From the IMG/VR virus record IMGVR_UViG_3300031240_000002, positions 23,738 to 87,737 of that record: a DNA stretch of 64,000 nt, one strand, 5' to 3'. Source of the stretch: a virus. Below are positions 27,723 to 37,060 of the stretch, piece by piece (within the stretch, counting starts at the first letter, position 1; each line of letters begins with the position of its first letter). The position numbers and the translations under genes are program-made. Under the pieces are notes generated by a model that saw nothing but the letters and a program-made list of their open reading frames with translations, had not been told where the DNA came from and made no database searches.

Positions 27723-28541
27723 CTACCCGGTGATGCCCATCGAGCGCTTGTGTTTGCGCCATTCCGGCTCGCTCAGCTTGCCCGCGTCGAAGACAGACGG
27801 CGGCGTTCCCGTCGGCGCGGCGGGCGGCTGCTCGCCCCCCGGCTGGTGGCTCGCGGGCGGCGCCGTCGACAGCGTCAGGTCCACCGGCGGCGGCGGGGCG
27901 GGAGCCGCGACCGTCGGCATGTGCGTCTTGCGGACGTAGGCGAAGACCGCCGCGTCGTCCATCTCTGGCTCGCGATCGAACGCCTTCTTGACCTCCGCGG
28001 GGACCTTCGTCGGGTCAGCCGCGTAGACGCCGAAGAGGTTCTCGTACTCCGAGAGCGCGAAGTTGACGTACTGCTTCGGGATGCCGGCGCCGACGGCGGC
28101 GGTCTCGAGCTGGAGGCGCGTCATCTGCGCCTCGTAGGTGCTCTTCCGGCGGGCCAGCTTCCCCTTCAGCTTCTTGATCCGCGCCTGGGCTTCGGCGAGC
28201 TCGGCGGCGGTCTGCGCGTTGGCGGCGGGCGCAGGCGGCGTCCCGGGTGCGGGCGGAGCGCCCGGCGGCGGCGCGGTGGCGGCGAGCTTGGCGATCGCCT
28301 CCTCGAGCGTGCACCCGAGCTTCCGCTGGATCACGCGGGCGGCCTCCTGGTCGACCCGCTTACGGAAGCCGGGCTGCTGGTCGAACGGTGCCGGCTTCCC
28401 TGGCTTGTTCGGCCGCTGCGGCGCGCGCGGCGCCGGCGGTGCAGCTGCTGCGGCCGGCAGCGGCGGTGCAGCGGGGGGCGGCGGCGCTCCCGGTGGCGTT
28501 CCTGGCGCTGGCGTACCCGTACCCGGATCCTGATCTCCCAT
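27723..28541 (-). CDS. Capsid scaffold protein
   Basis: Pro/Ala-rich with a coiled coil; ends DAGKLSEPEWRKHKRSMG; directly upstream of the major capsid gene. Confidence 0.75.
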   Translation of the reverse strand: MGDQDPGTGTPAPGTPPGAPPPPAAPPLPAAAAAPPAPRAPQRPNKPGKPAPFDQQPGFRKRVDQEAARVIQRKLGCTLEEAIAKLAATAPPPGAPPAPGTPPAPAANAQTAAELAEAQARIKKLKGKLARRKSTYEAQMTRLQLETAAVGAGIPKQYVNFALSEYENLFGVYAADPTKVPAEVKKAFDREPEMDDAAVFAYVRKTHMPTVAAPAPPPPVDLTLSTAPPASHQPGGEQPPAAPTGTPPSVFDAGKLSEPEWRKHKRSMGITG

Positions 28542-28653
28542 GTGCTTCTCCGTACCCGCCGCGTCTCAGCCCGGTGGCGCTGCCCCTGCTGCCCGAAGAA
28601 GAACGACCGCGCGCGCAGGGCGTAGGGGGAGGAGGCGCGCGCGGTCGGAGAAC

Positions 28654-29079
28654 TTACGGCGTGTTGCGGATGCCGGGCGAGCGCTGCATGTAGCCCACCG
28701 TGGTGTCGGCGTCCTTCAGGTACAGGAAGCTGACCGCGGTCACCGCATCGGCGGTGTTGAAGAGGACGTTCTTCCCACCGTCCCAGACGCAGACGTTGGC
28801 GGGCGGGATGATCGCGGCGGGGCCGCTGATCGGGCCGACGAGGATCTCCTTCTCGTGCACGGTCCCGGTCTCGGCGGTCGCCAGCGCGCGCAGCAGCCCC
28901 GAGGAGCTCGGCTGGTTGGCGAGGACCGCGATCTGGGTCGTGCTGTTCGGCGTGACGCCGGTCTCCGTCATGGTCAGCCCCTTGATGAGGGCGTTCAGGA
29001 GCGACCCGAAGGGCGTCTCCCGCAGCAGGTCAGCCAGGCTGTTCGGGGGGGAGAGGTCCAGGTTTGCTCGGATATTCAT
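28654..29079 (-). CDS. Head-associated structural protein
   Basis: AAGGAG SD; TTGACG-N17-TTCAAT promoter at 29112-29140. Confidence 0.6.
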   Translation of the reverse strand: MNIRANLDLSPPNSLADLLRETPFGSLLNALIKGLTMTETGVTPNSTTQIAVLANQPSSSGLLRALATAETGTVHEKEILVGPISGPAAIIPPANVCVWDGGKNVLFNTADAVTAVSFLYLKDADTTVGYMQRSPGIRNTP

Positions 29080-29136
29080 CTCGGTCTCCTTTGGGCGGCG
29101 TGAACGGGCTGATTGAAACAGCGCCGGTCCGGACCG

Positions 29137-29851
29137 TCAAGAAGGCCGGCGCGCGATTGCGTCCATGATCCACGGAGCCGAGCGCTTGAGGAACTCGCTC
29201 GGCGTCTTCCGGTTCTTCCGCCGATTGCATCCCCGGCAGGCGGGCGCGAGGTTGGAGATCTCGTGCCCGCCGCCGCGCGCGATCGGGATGACGTGGTCGA
29301 CCTCTCCCCCTCCGACGCCGCAATACAGACAGCGATCTCCCATCTCGGCCATCGCCGCCCTGATCTGCGGTCCCGTGACCTTCGCCGCGCTGGTCACCGC
29401 CCTGCGGCGCGCCAAGCGGATTCGGTAGGTGACCGCCCGAGACGGACCACCGCGATATTGGCGATCAGACGAATGCGCGTACCTGCACTTCCGCGAGCAG
29501 TATTTGCTCGTCAGTCGAGCAGGGGCCGACCGGCAGAAGGCGCAGGCCTGGTCGGTCGGTGTCGAGATGACGCTGAGGTAGAGCGCCTTTCGGCGTCGGC
29601 CTACCTCGGCTCGGTAAGCCGGGTCGGTGGCGTACTTCTTCCGTCTCCTGATCCGCTCAGCCTCCGCGACCTTTCCTCTGTTGCGGCGCTTGTACGAGCG
29701 CTTGGCCAGACGGCCGACCTCCGGATCGGGACCGCCTTTGTACCTGGGATTTCCAGGGCCGCCAATTCGCGGCATAGCGGCAGCCGCGCGAACAAAACAT
29801 CTTGCCAGCCGGGACCGGGCGTTCTCGACAGCTCGGGCAAACCTCAGTCAC
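29137..29851 (-). pseudogene. HNH endonuclease with a 5' frameshift (3' part 29137..29775 open)
   Basis: CLYCG...EVDHVIPIARGGGHEISNLAPACRGCN; N-terminal CPSC..FCSRGC is in a different frame from GPGNPRYKGG (shift near 29762). Confidence 0.7.
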
Positions 29852-29855
29852 ATGG

Positions 29856-30260
29856 CTAACTTACATCACCAGCGAGCAAATATGCGATATCGCAGGACTG
29901 GCTGCTGGTGTCGATCGCGATGCTCAGGATCTCGTCCCCCGGGTTCCGCACCCGGTGCACGTAGAGGTCGGAGACGGGGAAGGTGGCCGGGCCCTTGGCG
30001 GTGGTCGTGATCGTCACGTTGATGGTGACGCCGGCCAGCAGCCGGATCGCCACCACCCGCGCCTTGGTCATCGTCCCGAACGGCAGCGCGAACGGGGAGC
30101 CCGAGGACGAGACGATCTCGCTCTCGACGCGGTTGACCAGGCAGGCGTAGCAGTCGCAGAAGTTCAGCTGCAGCAGGTCGACCAGCGACGCCGAGAAGTA
30201 CCCGGTGTTTGCCGGCGTCCCCGTGAGGACGCCGGTCAGCTGGATCTGGTTGCTCTGCAC
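29856..30260 (-). CDS. Putative virion structural protein
   Basis: 134 aa, beta-rich, in the head block. Confidence 0.55.
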   Translation of the reverse strand: MQSNQIQLTGVLTGTPANTGYFSASLVDLLQLNFCDCYACLVNRVESEIVSSSGSPFALPFGTMTKARVVAIRLLAGVTINVTITTTAKGPATFPVSDLYVHRVRNPGDEILSIAIDTSSQSCDIAYLLAGDVS

Positions 30261-30270
30261 GGGGGCGCGA

Positions 30271-30456
30271 TCAGCCGGCGCCGCTGCCGCCGTCGGTCAT
30301 GTTGCCGAACGGGGTCGGCGTCTCGCGGAGCGGGTTCTGGTCCTCGCCCCAGCGCTCGGCGATCGGCGCGGACGGGAAGTCCGGCGTGCGCTGGCGCTGC
30401 TCGTCGAGCGCTTCGTTCGGGTCGCTTCCGGGGACAGGCGTGGGAAGGGTCGGCAT
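30271..30456 (-). CDS. Micro-peptide 4 (61 aa)
   Basis: AAGGAG SD; GSDPNEALDEQRQR...NPLRETPTPFGNM. Confidence 0.6.
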   Translation of the reverse strand: MPTLPTPVPGSDPNEALDEQRQRTPDFPSAPIAERWGEDQNPLRETPTPFGNMTDGGSGAG

Positions 30457-30483
30457 GGTCGTCTCCTTGCTCGTGATCGGTGG

Positions 30484-30639
30484 TTACTTCGCGTCGCCGA
30501 CCTTGAAGGGCACGGCCTCGGTGAGCTTCTCTTTGACCTGCGCCTCGGAGAGGTTCGCCAGCTTCGGGTCCTCGCCGCGCGCGCGCTCCATGTCGCGGTC
30601 CTCGTTCGGGTCTTCCCCGCCGTTGCTGCTCTCGCCCAT
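30484..30639 (-). CDS. Micro-peptide 3 (51 aa)
   Basis: AAGGAG SD; GEDPNEDRDMERAR...EAVPFKVG; below the ORF-track cutoff. Confidence 0.6.
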   Translation of the reverse strand: MGESSNGGEDPNEDRDMERARGEDPKLANLSEAQVKEKLTEAVPFKVGDAK

Positions 30640-30642
30640 GGC

Positions 30643-30813
30643 TCAGGTCTCCTTCAGGTTGGTGACGTCGGCCTTCCCGTCGGGCGGGTTGGCCGGGGTC
30701 GCGCCGAAGCTCGGTTGCTGCGGCAGCGCGTTCTGGGGGAGGTCCTCGGTCTGGCTCTCCAGCTTCCCGCGGTCCACCCCGATCTTCAGTGCCTGTTCTC
30801 TCGGGCTAGGCAT
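30643..30813 (-). CDS. Micro-peptide 2 (56 aa)
   Basis: MPSPREQALKIG...PANPPDGKADVTNLKET; tight operon spacing. Confidence 0.55.
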   Translation of the reverse strand: MPSPREQALKIGVDRGKLESQTEDLPQNALPQQPSFGATPANPPDGKADVTNLKET

Positions 30814-30817
30814 GGTC

Positions 30818-31021
30818 TCACCTGCTCCCGTCGTGGCTGTTGCCGCCCGTGATCCGGTACGGCATGTCGTCGCGCACCGGGTTGTCGGCCGGCTCGTCGG
30901 GGAGGTTCCCCGGCGCGGTCCGTTGGTTCTCGAGGACCCGGGACTTCCGCCCGATGGCCGGCTCGTTCTCATCGGCGAGCGGCATCGGGTGCGGGTCTGG
31001 CGTGGTGATGACGACGGCCAT
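30818..31021 (-). CDS. Micro-peptide 1 (67 aa)
   Basis: ...PADNPVRDDMPYRITGG; tight operon spacing. Confidence 0.55.
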   Translation of the reverse strand: MAVVITTPDPHPMPLADENEPAIGRKSRVLENQRTAPGNLPDEPADNPVRDDMPYRITGGNSHDGSR

Positions 31022-31025
31022 GGGG

Positions 31026-31469
31026 CTACTCGTCGTCGTCCTTCTCGTCGTCGTCGTCGTCCCCGTCCTCGTCGTCCTTCTCGTCCTCTTCCTCTTCGTG
31101 ATCCTCTTCGTGATCCTCGACGAGGTCCTCGATGTCCTTGGTCATGTCGTCGAGCTCGTCCTGGAGCTTCTCGAACTTCTTCTTGAAGCTCTTGTCCGAG
31201 TCGTCCGGGAGCGTCTCGCCCTTCAGCTTCTCGATCGCGTCTGCGACCCCCTGGAGGGCAGAGCATGCGCTGCATCCCGCAGCTTTGTCGGCGTCATCGC
31301 CTCCGCCCTGATCCCCGCCGCCTTCGTCACCGCCGCCGCCCTGGCCTTCGCCGTCGCCAGGAGGGCCTCCACCTCCAGGAGCGCCTCCGCCCCCTCCATG
31401 GTCACCACCGCCGGGACCGGCGTGCTTGCGAGAGCTGAGGAGGTTTCGGACCTGTTCCTTGGACGCCAT
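31026..31469 (-). CDS. Gly-rich, highly acidic low-complexity protein
   Basis: D/E-rich tail; TTGACG-N18-CATCCT promoter at 31477-31506. Confidence 0.6.
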   Translation of the reverse strand: MASKEQVRNLLSSRKHAGPGGGDHGGGGGAPGGGGPPGDGEGQGGGGDEGGGDQGGGDDADKAAGCSACSALQGVADAIEKLKGETLPDDSDKSFKKKFEKLQDELDDMTKDIEDLVEDHEEDHEEEEDEKDDEDGDDDDDEKDDDE

Positions 31470-31519
31470 GCCCCGCAGGATGGAGCCGAAGGGGAGTGAG
31501 CGTCAAGAAGGCGGGGGCC

Positions 31520-31645
31520 TCACGGCTTGGCCGACGGGCAGATGCAGCCGTTCACGATCCGCAATTCCTGGGTGGCCCGTATGGCAAAGAAGATGGAGAA
31601 GGCGAGGTACGCGAGTAGCGCGACCCGCCAGAGGATCCGCCTCAT
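31520..31645 (-). CDS. Small membrane peptide (MRRILWRVALLAYLAFSIFF...)
   Basis: ATGA overlap with the upstream gene; single TM. Confidence 0.45.
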   Translation of the reverse strand: MRRILWRVALLAYLAFSIFFAIRATQELRIVNGCICPSAKP

Positions 31646-32268
31646 GCGCTCTGCGTCCCCAGCAGTTCCAAGATCGCCGCCGCGGTGAGGTTCCTGGTCC
31701 GGGTGGCCGAGGGGCTGGTGTCGTTGATGTTCGCTGCGCGGGCAAGAGATCCGCAGCGGAGGACCACCTCGACCAGGGCCTTCTCGACGTTCTCCCGGGT
31801 TGGGCCGGCTGTCGCCACCTGGTTGGCGAGCTGGTGGAGGAGGCGGGCATCTCGGCCGGGGCGGTCCTGGGGGGGGGAGGCGGGCGCATCGGGGTGCACC
31901 CAGTCCCGCACGTTCTCCCGGACTATCCGGCCCCAGCGCTCGCCGATCTGGTCGATCAGCGTGTCGACATCGGAGGCGCTCGGGCGGTGTCCGCTCACGC
32001 GATCCTGGGGACTGTCCGACCACGCCGGACGGACGATGGTGGTCGTCCCGCTGGTCTCGTCGAAGCTCCACGTCATGTTCTCGGGGAGCTGCGCCCACCC
32101 GGCGCTGTAGGACAGGAAGCACGCGAAGGCGCGGCAGGTTGGATCGGCGCGCCAGTCGAAGGGGGGCGGCTCATCGGGGCGGGGCGGGGCGGCCTCGGCG
32201 ATCAGCTTGGGTGCGCGGCGCGGTGGCGCGGGCGCGTCGGGCTGGAGCTTGATCTTGGACTTGCCCAT
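31642..32268 (-). CDS. Hypothetical protein
   Basis: 208 aa, tight operon spacing. Confidence 0.55.
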   Translation of the reverse strand: MGKSKIKLQPDAPAPPRRAPKLIAEAAPPRPDEPPPFDWRADPTCRAFACFLSYSAGWAQLPENMTWSFDETSGTTTIVRPAWSDSPQDRVSGHRPSASDVDTLIDQIGERWGRIVRENVRDWVHPDAPASPPQDRPGRDARLLHQLANQVATAGPTRENVEKALVEVVLRCGSLARAANINDTSPSATRTRNLTAAAILELLGTQSA

Positions 32269-32271
32269 GGG

Positions 32272-32802
32272 TCAGCCCTTGAACCGCCCGAGCGGCAACT
32301 CCGGGATGGTGGCGAGCCACTCAGCGTAGGGGTCCGTCGGGTTCCCCTTCCAGTCGACCGACGGACGCAAGAGCACCGAGCTTCGGTGGCGAACGGGAGG
32401 GGCCACGGCGTGCCCAGATGGCAGCACCAGGAACGCGCGCCGCGTGTAGGGGTTTCCCTCAGGTGCCTGGCCGGTCAGCTTGACGTAGCAGGCGCTGCAG
32501 ACGTACGCGTGGTCCAGGCCGCGGTTGGCGCCCTCTCCCTGCAGCTCCCAGAAGTCGCGGCGCGGCTGCCAAGGATCGATGCAGCGATGGGCGCGGCACC
32601 TGATCATCTCCGCTTGGTAGGCCGTCAGCGCCGCCGCCTCGTCCGCGATCTGCGCGAGCCTGGCGCGCTCACGCTCCTCGTCCCGCTCTCTCTTCCGGTC
32701 GAGGTCGCGGCTCGCCTCGAGGAGGTAGGCGCCAGCCGCCGCCGCGAACAGGAGAGCCAGCAGCCCGAGCGGGAGGTAGTCGACCAGGAAGTCTGCGGTC
32801 AT
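32272..32802 (-). CDS. Membrane-anchored hypothetical protein with a Zn-binding segment
   Basis: MTADFLVDYLPLGLLALLF; ATG 8 nt after motif copy 6. Confidence 0.6.
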   Translation of the reverse strand: MTADFLVDYLPLGLLALLFAAAAGAYLLEASRDLDRKRERDEERERARLAQIADEAAALTAYQAEMIRCRAHRCIDPWQPRRDFWELQGEGANRGLDHAYVCSACYVKLTGQAPEGNPYTRRAFLVLPSGHAVAPPVRHRSSVLLRPSVDWKGNPTDPYAEWLATIPELPLGRFKG

Positions 32803-32809
32803 GGACCCG

Positions 32810-32820
32810 GATACTACGCG
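32810..32820 (-). promoter_or_regulatory. CGCGTAGTATC motif copy 6
   Basis: Exact 11-mer; its TAG is the stop of the upstream HNH. Confidence 0.7.
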
Positions 32821-33524
32821 GCCGGCGCGCGCGGCACGGAGGGATCGACGGCCCCGGCGATTGGACCGACCTTCCCTCGGCCTCCCCTTCGCCAGGAATG
32901 AACCCCCGTCCCGAGCAGGTGCGTCGGCGCCTGCCACCCATGGCTCCTCGACCACGTAGCGTGACCGTTGCAGTAGCCGCGGTACTTGTGGGGCTTCCCG
33001 CACCCGGGGACGGAGCAGACGCCCCGACCATGTTCCGCCCGGACGTGCTCGCCGTTCGATCCGTGAAGTTCCAAATTTTCGTCCCTGTTGTCGCTCCTGA
33101 TGTGATTCAGGTGATGGACGACCTCGTCGGCCGTGAGGTATCGGCCGAGGCGCTTCTCCATGACCAGCCGATGTTAGAGGACGTAGCCGCCGCACTGAGC
33201 GTTCGGGTGATCGGGGGCGTAGATGCGAACGTAACCGAGCTCGTCGAGCCGATCGCGGACGACCCGAAACCCGAGCCCGTGCTTCTTGGCGATGGCCATG
33301 AGAGGCAACCCGTCCGTCACATACTCGACGACCAGCTGATTTACGTCGACCGCGACGCGCTTTCGGTTCCTGATCCTCCGCCTGATGGTCACGCCGGCCG
33401 CCACGATTCGCTTCCACACCAGGTTGGCCGACACGCCGTGTTTGGCGCCGATCTGTTCGAGGGTCTTACCCGCCGAGTAGTCTTCGACGAATGCACTGAC
33501 GTCGATGTCGATTCGCGCTGGCAT
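32814..33524 (-). pseudogene. HNH endonuclease with an internal nonsense codon
   Basis: PDHPNA..GYVL*HRLVMEKRLGRYL..EVVHHLNHIRSDNRDENL; TAA at 33174-33176 where Glu is expected. Confidence 0.85.
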
Positions 33525-33545
33525 GCCTGTATAGTGCGGAGCGAA

Positions 33546-34478
33546 TCACGAGGACGCCAGTCCTCTTGTCGTGGGTTTCACGGGGCCCGCCGGTGCCACC
33601 GTCTCCGGGTTGCCCCACGCCGATTGCCAGGGAATGCAGAGGCTTCTGTCGTTTGGTCTGTTTGGTCCTTGCATCATTCGGACGATCTTGCCGGTCGGGC
33701 GCCCCTTCGAATCCTTCACGACCCACACGAACGGTTGGTCGACCGGCACCGTCTGGCCGTCCAGATCCTTGGAGTCGTCCCCCTCCCGATCGTCCCGCGT
33801 CTCGACCCAGCGCTTGAGTAGCTTCGGCATGGACATCCGAAAGCCCTCCATCGCTCTCTGCGTCGTCACCCCGGCTGCGTGCGAGAGCTCGGTCCTGCAT
33901 ACCCTCTCTGCCCGCCAACGCTGCCCATCGAACGTCCCTCCCGCCTTCACCAGTCGGTCGACCGCCTGGTCCACCGTCTCCCCCTGCACCAGGGACCGGG
34001 AGAGCCCGTCACGGATGGACAGGAGCGCCTGGGGCCCGTAGCGCTTGGCGCTGTCGCGGTAGCGCTGGAGGAGCGTGGGGGCGACGCTGGGGTAGACGCC
34101 GCGGACCACCGCAGCCTGCTCGGCAGCGATGACGGGGGTCATGGCGCCGCGGGCCGTCTCGACCCTGCCGATCATCTGCGCCACCTGGCGCGGCGCCACT
34201 ACCCCGGCGAGCTGCCCCGTCTGGTGGAGGTGCTCGCGGAAGGGGGCTTCGAAGTTGCGGAGGGCCTCGACGACCTGGGCGAGCACCAGCTGCAGGTGGA
34301 CGGCGGCGAAGGTCTGGCCCTTGCCGTCCCGCTTGAGGGAGGCGAGGCGGTCTTCGAGCTCGGTCCGGGAGGAGGCGTAGATGCCGCGCAGGCGCCCGAC
34401 GCCGCGGACCTCGATGATGCCGGCCAGCTGGGCGCGGTGGAGCGCCACGATCTCGCGGATGAGCGGGCTGACGGCCAC
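33546..34478 (-). CDS. Head morphogenesis / minor capsid protein (MuF, SPP1 gp7-like)
   Basis: RAERVCRTEL...KRW...DDR...LDGQTVPVDQPF...PNRPNDR. Confidence 0.85.
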   Translation of the reverse strand: MAVSPLIREIVALHRAQLAGIIEVRGVGRLRGIYASSRTELEDRLASLKRDGKGQTFAAVHLQLVLAQVVEALRNFEAPFREHLHQTGQLAGVVAPRQVAQMIGRVETARGAMTPVIAAEQAAVVRGVYPSVAPTLLQRYRDSAKRYGPQALLSIRDGLSRSLVQGETVDQAVDRLVKAGGTFDGQRWRAERVCRTELSHAAGVTTQRAMEGFRMSMPKLLKRWVETRDDREGDDSKDLDGQTVPVDQPFVWVVKDSKGRPTGKIVRMMQGPNRPNDRSLCIPWQSAWGNPETVAPAGPVKPTTRGLASS

Positions 34479-34487
34479 GGCGGCAGT

Positions 34488-34724
34488 CTACCGCGGTCGC
34501 CGGCGGGCGGCTCTCTCCTCGCGGATCGCGGCGCGCAGGTGACCGGCGAGCGCCTTTAGTCGATCGAGGGCGAAGGTGCAGCCGAGCCCCATCAGGCACC
34601 GTTCGCGGTAGCCGGTCGCCGGGTTCCAGTGCGTTCCGTGTGCCAGTAGGCCGGTGATCGCCCAGACGTAGAGGACCGTGCAGCCGGTCGCGATGATGAA
34701 CCCGATCAGCCCGCGGACGGTCAT
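34488..34724 (-). CDS. Small membrane protein
   Basis: MTVRGLIGFIIATGCTVLYVWAITGLL; ATGA overlap. Confidence 0.45.
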   Translation of the reverse strand: MTVRGLIGFIIATGCTVLYVWAITGLLAHGTHWNPATGYRERCLMGLGCTFALDRLKALAGHLRAAIREERAARRRPR

Positions 34725-35014
34725 GCCGGCAGCGCCTTCGGGTGGTGCGCCTGCTGGTGCTCCTTCATCGCCTTGGCCACGGCACGCGAGCCCCCGCACT
34801 TCCTGCACCGGGTGACGTTGAAGTGCGTCACGATCGGCCCGTGCTCCGCGCAGTCGATCACCTCGCCGTCCGTGTCGGTGTGCTTCTTCACGCAGAGGGG
34901 GCGCGCGCAGCTGAGCTGGAAGATCGGGTTCTTGGGCGTCGCCTTGGTGAAGCAGATCCCGCACCGCGAGAGCGACCGGTCCCCGGTGAAGTCTTCGCTG
35001 AGCTTGTCGAGCAT
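34721..35014 (-). CDS. Small Cys/His-rich Zn-finger protein
   Basis: Several CxxC motifs; GGAGG SD; upstream inverted repeat TGACCC-N7-GGGTCA at 35037-35055. Confidence 0.6.
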   Translation of the reverse strand: MLDKLSEDFTGDRSLSRCGICFTKATPKNPIFQLSCARPLCVKKHTDTDGEVIDCAEHGPIVTHFNVTRCRKCGGSRAVAKAMKEHQQAHHPKALPA

Positions 35015-35188
35015 CGTGGCCTCCGGTTTAACTACGTGACCCCTTACGAGGGTCAGGCGACCGATCTGCCGAATTTCCCTGCCCGGTGACAGGGGGGCTT
35101 CCGATCGCGGGCCGCCGCGAGTGTCAGCTCGCGGACCGCGCCGCTCGAGGGGGTGGCCGGCAGGTCCCGGTCCCGAGCGGGCCGAGTC

Positions 35189-35545
35189 TTATTTTCTTGC
35201 GACGGCCATCAGTTTGAACTTGATGGTGCTGCGCTTCTTCTCCTCGTCGTACCCGGTCTCCGATGTCGCCTCGATCTCGTACTCGCGGGTGTTGATCTGC
35301 AGGCTGGTGATCTCGCGCCCGGTGGCATCGAACAAACGAATGGTGGCCGATTGGAGGTGGTCGGGGTTGGCGCCGACGTAGGTCGAGACCCTCTGGTTGA
35401 TCAGGGACAGGCATCGCCCGCACGGCTCGCCAGTGAAGTCGCCGGATTCGAGCGCCTTGGTCCTCACGTACTCGAAGGCCAGCTCGGCCCTCGTCTTGCC
35501 GCAGACCGATGTCTCTCCCCCGTCGGTGCTCCCGTGGACGCTCAT
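35189..35545 (-). CDS. Hypothetical protein
   Basis: ATG 7 nt after motif copy 7. Confidence 0.6.
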   Translation of the reverse strand: MSVHGSTDGGETSVCGKTRAELAFEYVRTKALESGDFTGEPCGRCLSLINQRVSTYVGANPDHLQSATIRLFDATGREITSLQINTREYEIEATSETGYDEEKKRSTIKFKLMAVARK

Positions 35546-35551
35546 GCGGCA

Positions 35552-35562
35552 GATACTACGCG
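35552..35562 (-). promoter_or_regulatory. CGCGTAGTATC motif copy 7
   Basis: Exact 11-mer; its TAG is the stop of 35556..35990. Confidence 0.7.
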
Positions 35563-35990
35563 CCCGCGGGCGGGACCGAGGAAACGTCGTGGCGGGTGCC
35601 GTCCCAGTCGTCCAGCGCGACCGAGATCCTCTTGGCGCGCGGCTGCTTCTTGTTCAGCCAGATGACCAGCTCCTCGCGGATCACCAGGTCGGTGATGACC
35701 ATGGCGATCGCCAGCCCCTCGAAGAACGGGAGCTTCCGGATCTGCTTTGGCGTGATGTCGGGCGTGAACGGAAAATAGTTGCTCTTGGCCGGGGCGAAGG
35801 GAGCGAGGCCGAGGAGGACGGCCCACCAGCGCAGTCTGCGGTGGAGTCGAACCCGCCAGGACCGGCGCTGCCTGAAGTGCTCGGCGGCGGCGCGCGCGGT
35901 CGCGTCGATCATCGCCTCGGTCTCGACGATGCAATCCCACAGCGTGGAGATCTTCGGATACCCAGGCGGGACGATCAGCTCATCGGCCAT
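35556..35990 (-). CDS. Hypothetical protein
   Basis: TAGCGT-N8-ATG; 144 aa. Confidence 0.55.
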   Translation of the reverse strand: MADELIVPPGYPKISTLWDCIVETEAMIDATARAAAEHFRQRRSWRVRLHRRLRWWAVLLGLAPFAPAKSNYFPFTPDITPKQIRKLPFFEGLAIAMVITDLVIREELVIWLNKKQPRAKRISVALDDWDGTRHDVSSVPPAGA

Positions 35991-36001
35991 GGGCCGGAAC
36001 G

Positions 36002-36466
36002 CTACCTCCGATCGCCGCGCATCGGGGGCGGTTTCTTGCCGGCCTCGATGGCGTTCTCTCGGGCGTGGACGCTGTTGCTCGCCTCCGTGTGGCAGTCCTC
36101 GCAGAGCGTGTGGAGGGCGTCCAGCTTGTTGACGTGGCCCATCTTCACGCCGCGCTTCAGGTCCTTCCGCTTCCGCGCCTCGCTGTCCTCCCGGATCTCT
36201 TTCGGATGGCCGCTGATGTGATCAAGCGTTACCCGCCGCTTGGGCGTGGGGCAGTGCTTGTTCGTGCAGCGGTACCCGTCCCGGCGGAAAACCGCCCTTG
36301 CCAGCCTGGGATCCAATCCGCCCTTCCCCCCGTTCGCCAGCGTGGCGCCGTGCTCGCGGGCCTCGCGCTGGATCTGCCGCACGACCGCGGCGTCCGCCCG
36401 CCGGTTGCGCCCGCCCGCCCGCTTGCGCGCCGCCGACCAGGACGCGACGGCTGCTCGGGTCGCCAC
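36002..36466 (-). CDS. HNH endonuclease
   Basis: VFRRDGYRC...C...VTLDH...LHTLCEDCH. Confidence 0.75.
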   Translation of the reverse strand: MATRAAVASWSAARKRAGGRNRRADAAVVRQIQREAREHGATLANGGKGGLDPRLARAVFRRDGYRCTNKHCPTPKRRVTLDHISGHPKEIREDSEARKRKDLKRGVKMGHVNKLDALHTLCEDCHTEASNSVHARENAIEAGKKPPPMRGDRR

Positions 36467-37060
36467 CTACTCCCCCGAGGCCACGACGGGGGGGGCGTTC
36501 GGGTTGGTGGAGGGACCGGGCGGAACCGGCGCCCCATCTGCCCCGATCCGAAGGTTCGCCTGGCGCCCGCCGAACGGGTCCCGTTGGCCGTCGTACTCGG
36601 GCACCATGGCGCGCGGCGTGGGGTAGAGACGTTCGGCCTCTTCGACGGGGGGCAGCAGGTACAGGAGCGGCCTGCCGCTGCTGTCCGTTCCAGACGGATC
36701 GAGATCCCTCAGTCCAGCGAGGTACTCGTGATACTTGTCCACCGCGTTCCCCTCGCTGTCGACACCCTGGCGGAGGAGCCCGTTGGCCATCGAGCCCGGG
36801 GCGCCGCTGGGGGAGCCAAGGGGCTGGCCGCCGGGCCCGACGAGGCGGGACGGCTGCGGCGCGGCCGCGAGCGGGAGCGCCACCTGGACCAGCAGGAACT
36901 GCCGGTGCGTCTCGTTCCAGGCGTAGGCGTAGCCGTCGGGGGGCGGCGGGAGCGTGGCGGGTGACGGCGCGGCGGCCGCTGGTGCTGGGGCGGGAGCGCT
37001 ACCGGGCCGCGACGACGGCCCCCGCCTGAGCATACTGGCGACTTGTTCCCGGGTAGGCAT
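36467..37060 (-). CDS. Pro-rich hypothetical protein
   Basis: 197 aa in the portal operon. Confidence 0.5.
   Translation of the reverse strand: MPTREQVASMLRRGPSSRPGSAPAPAPAAAAPSPATLPPPPDGYAYAWNETHRQFLLVQVALPLAAAPQPSRLVGPGGQPLGSPSGAPGSMANGLLRQGVDSEGNAVDKYHEYLAGLRDLDPSGTDSSGRPLLYLLPPVEEAERLYPTPRAMVPEYDGQRDPFGGRQANLRIGADGAPVPPGPSTNPNAPPVVASGE

Noticed and set aside
24236-27733. 1165-aa plus-strand ORF and many other long plus-strand ORFs (e.g. 15621..17531, 42752..45064)
   Set aside because: Antisense shadows of real minus-strand genes in high-GC DNA; Arg/Pro/Gly-rich with no motifs.
31026-31140. (TCG)n-like tandem repeat
   Set aside because: Simply the codons of the Asp/Glu-rich protein tail.
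33174-33176. Stop-codon reassignment
   Set aside because: A single TAA in a decaying HNH; TAA, TAG and TGA all end genes normally elsewhere.
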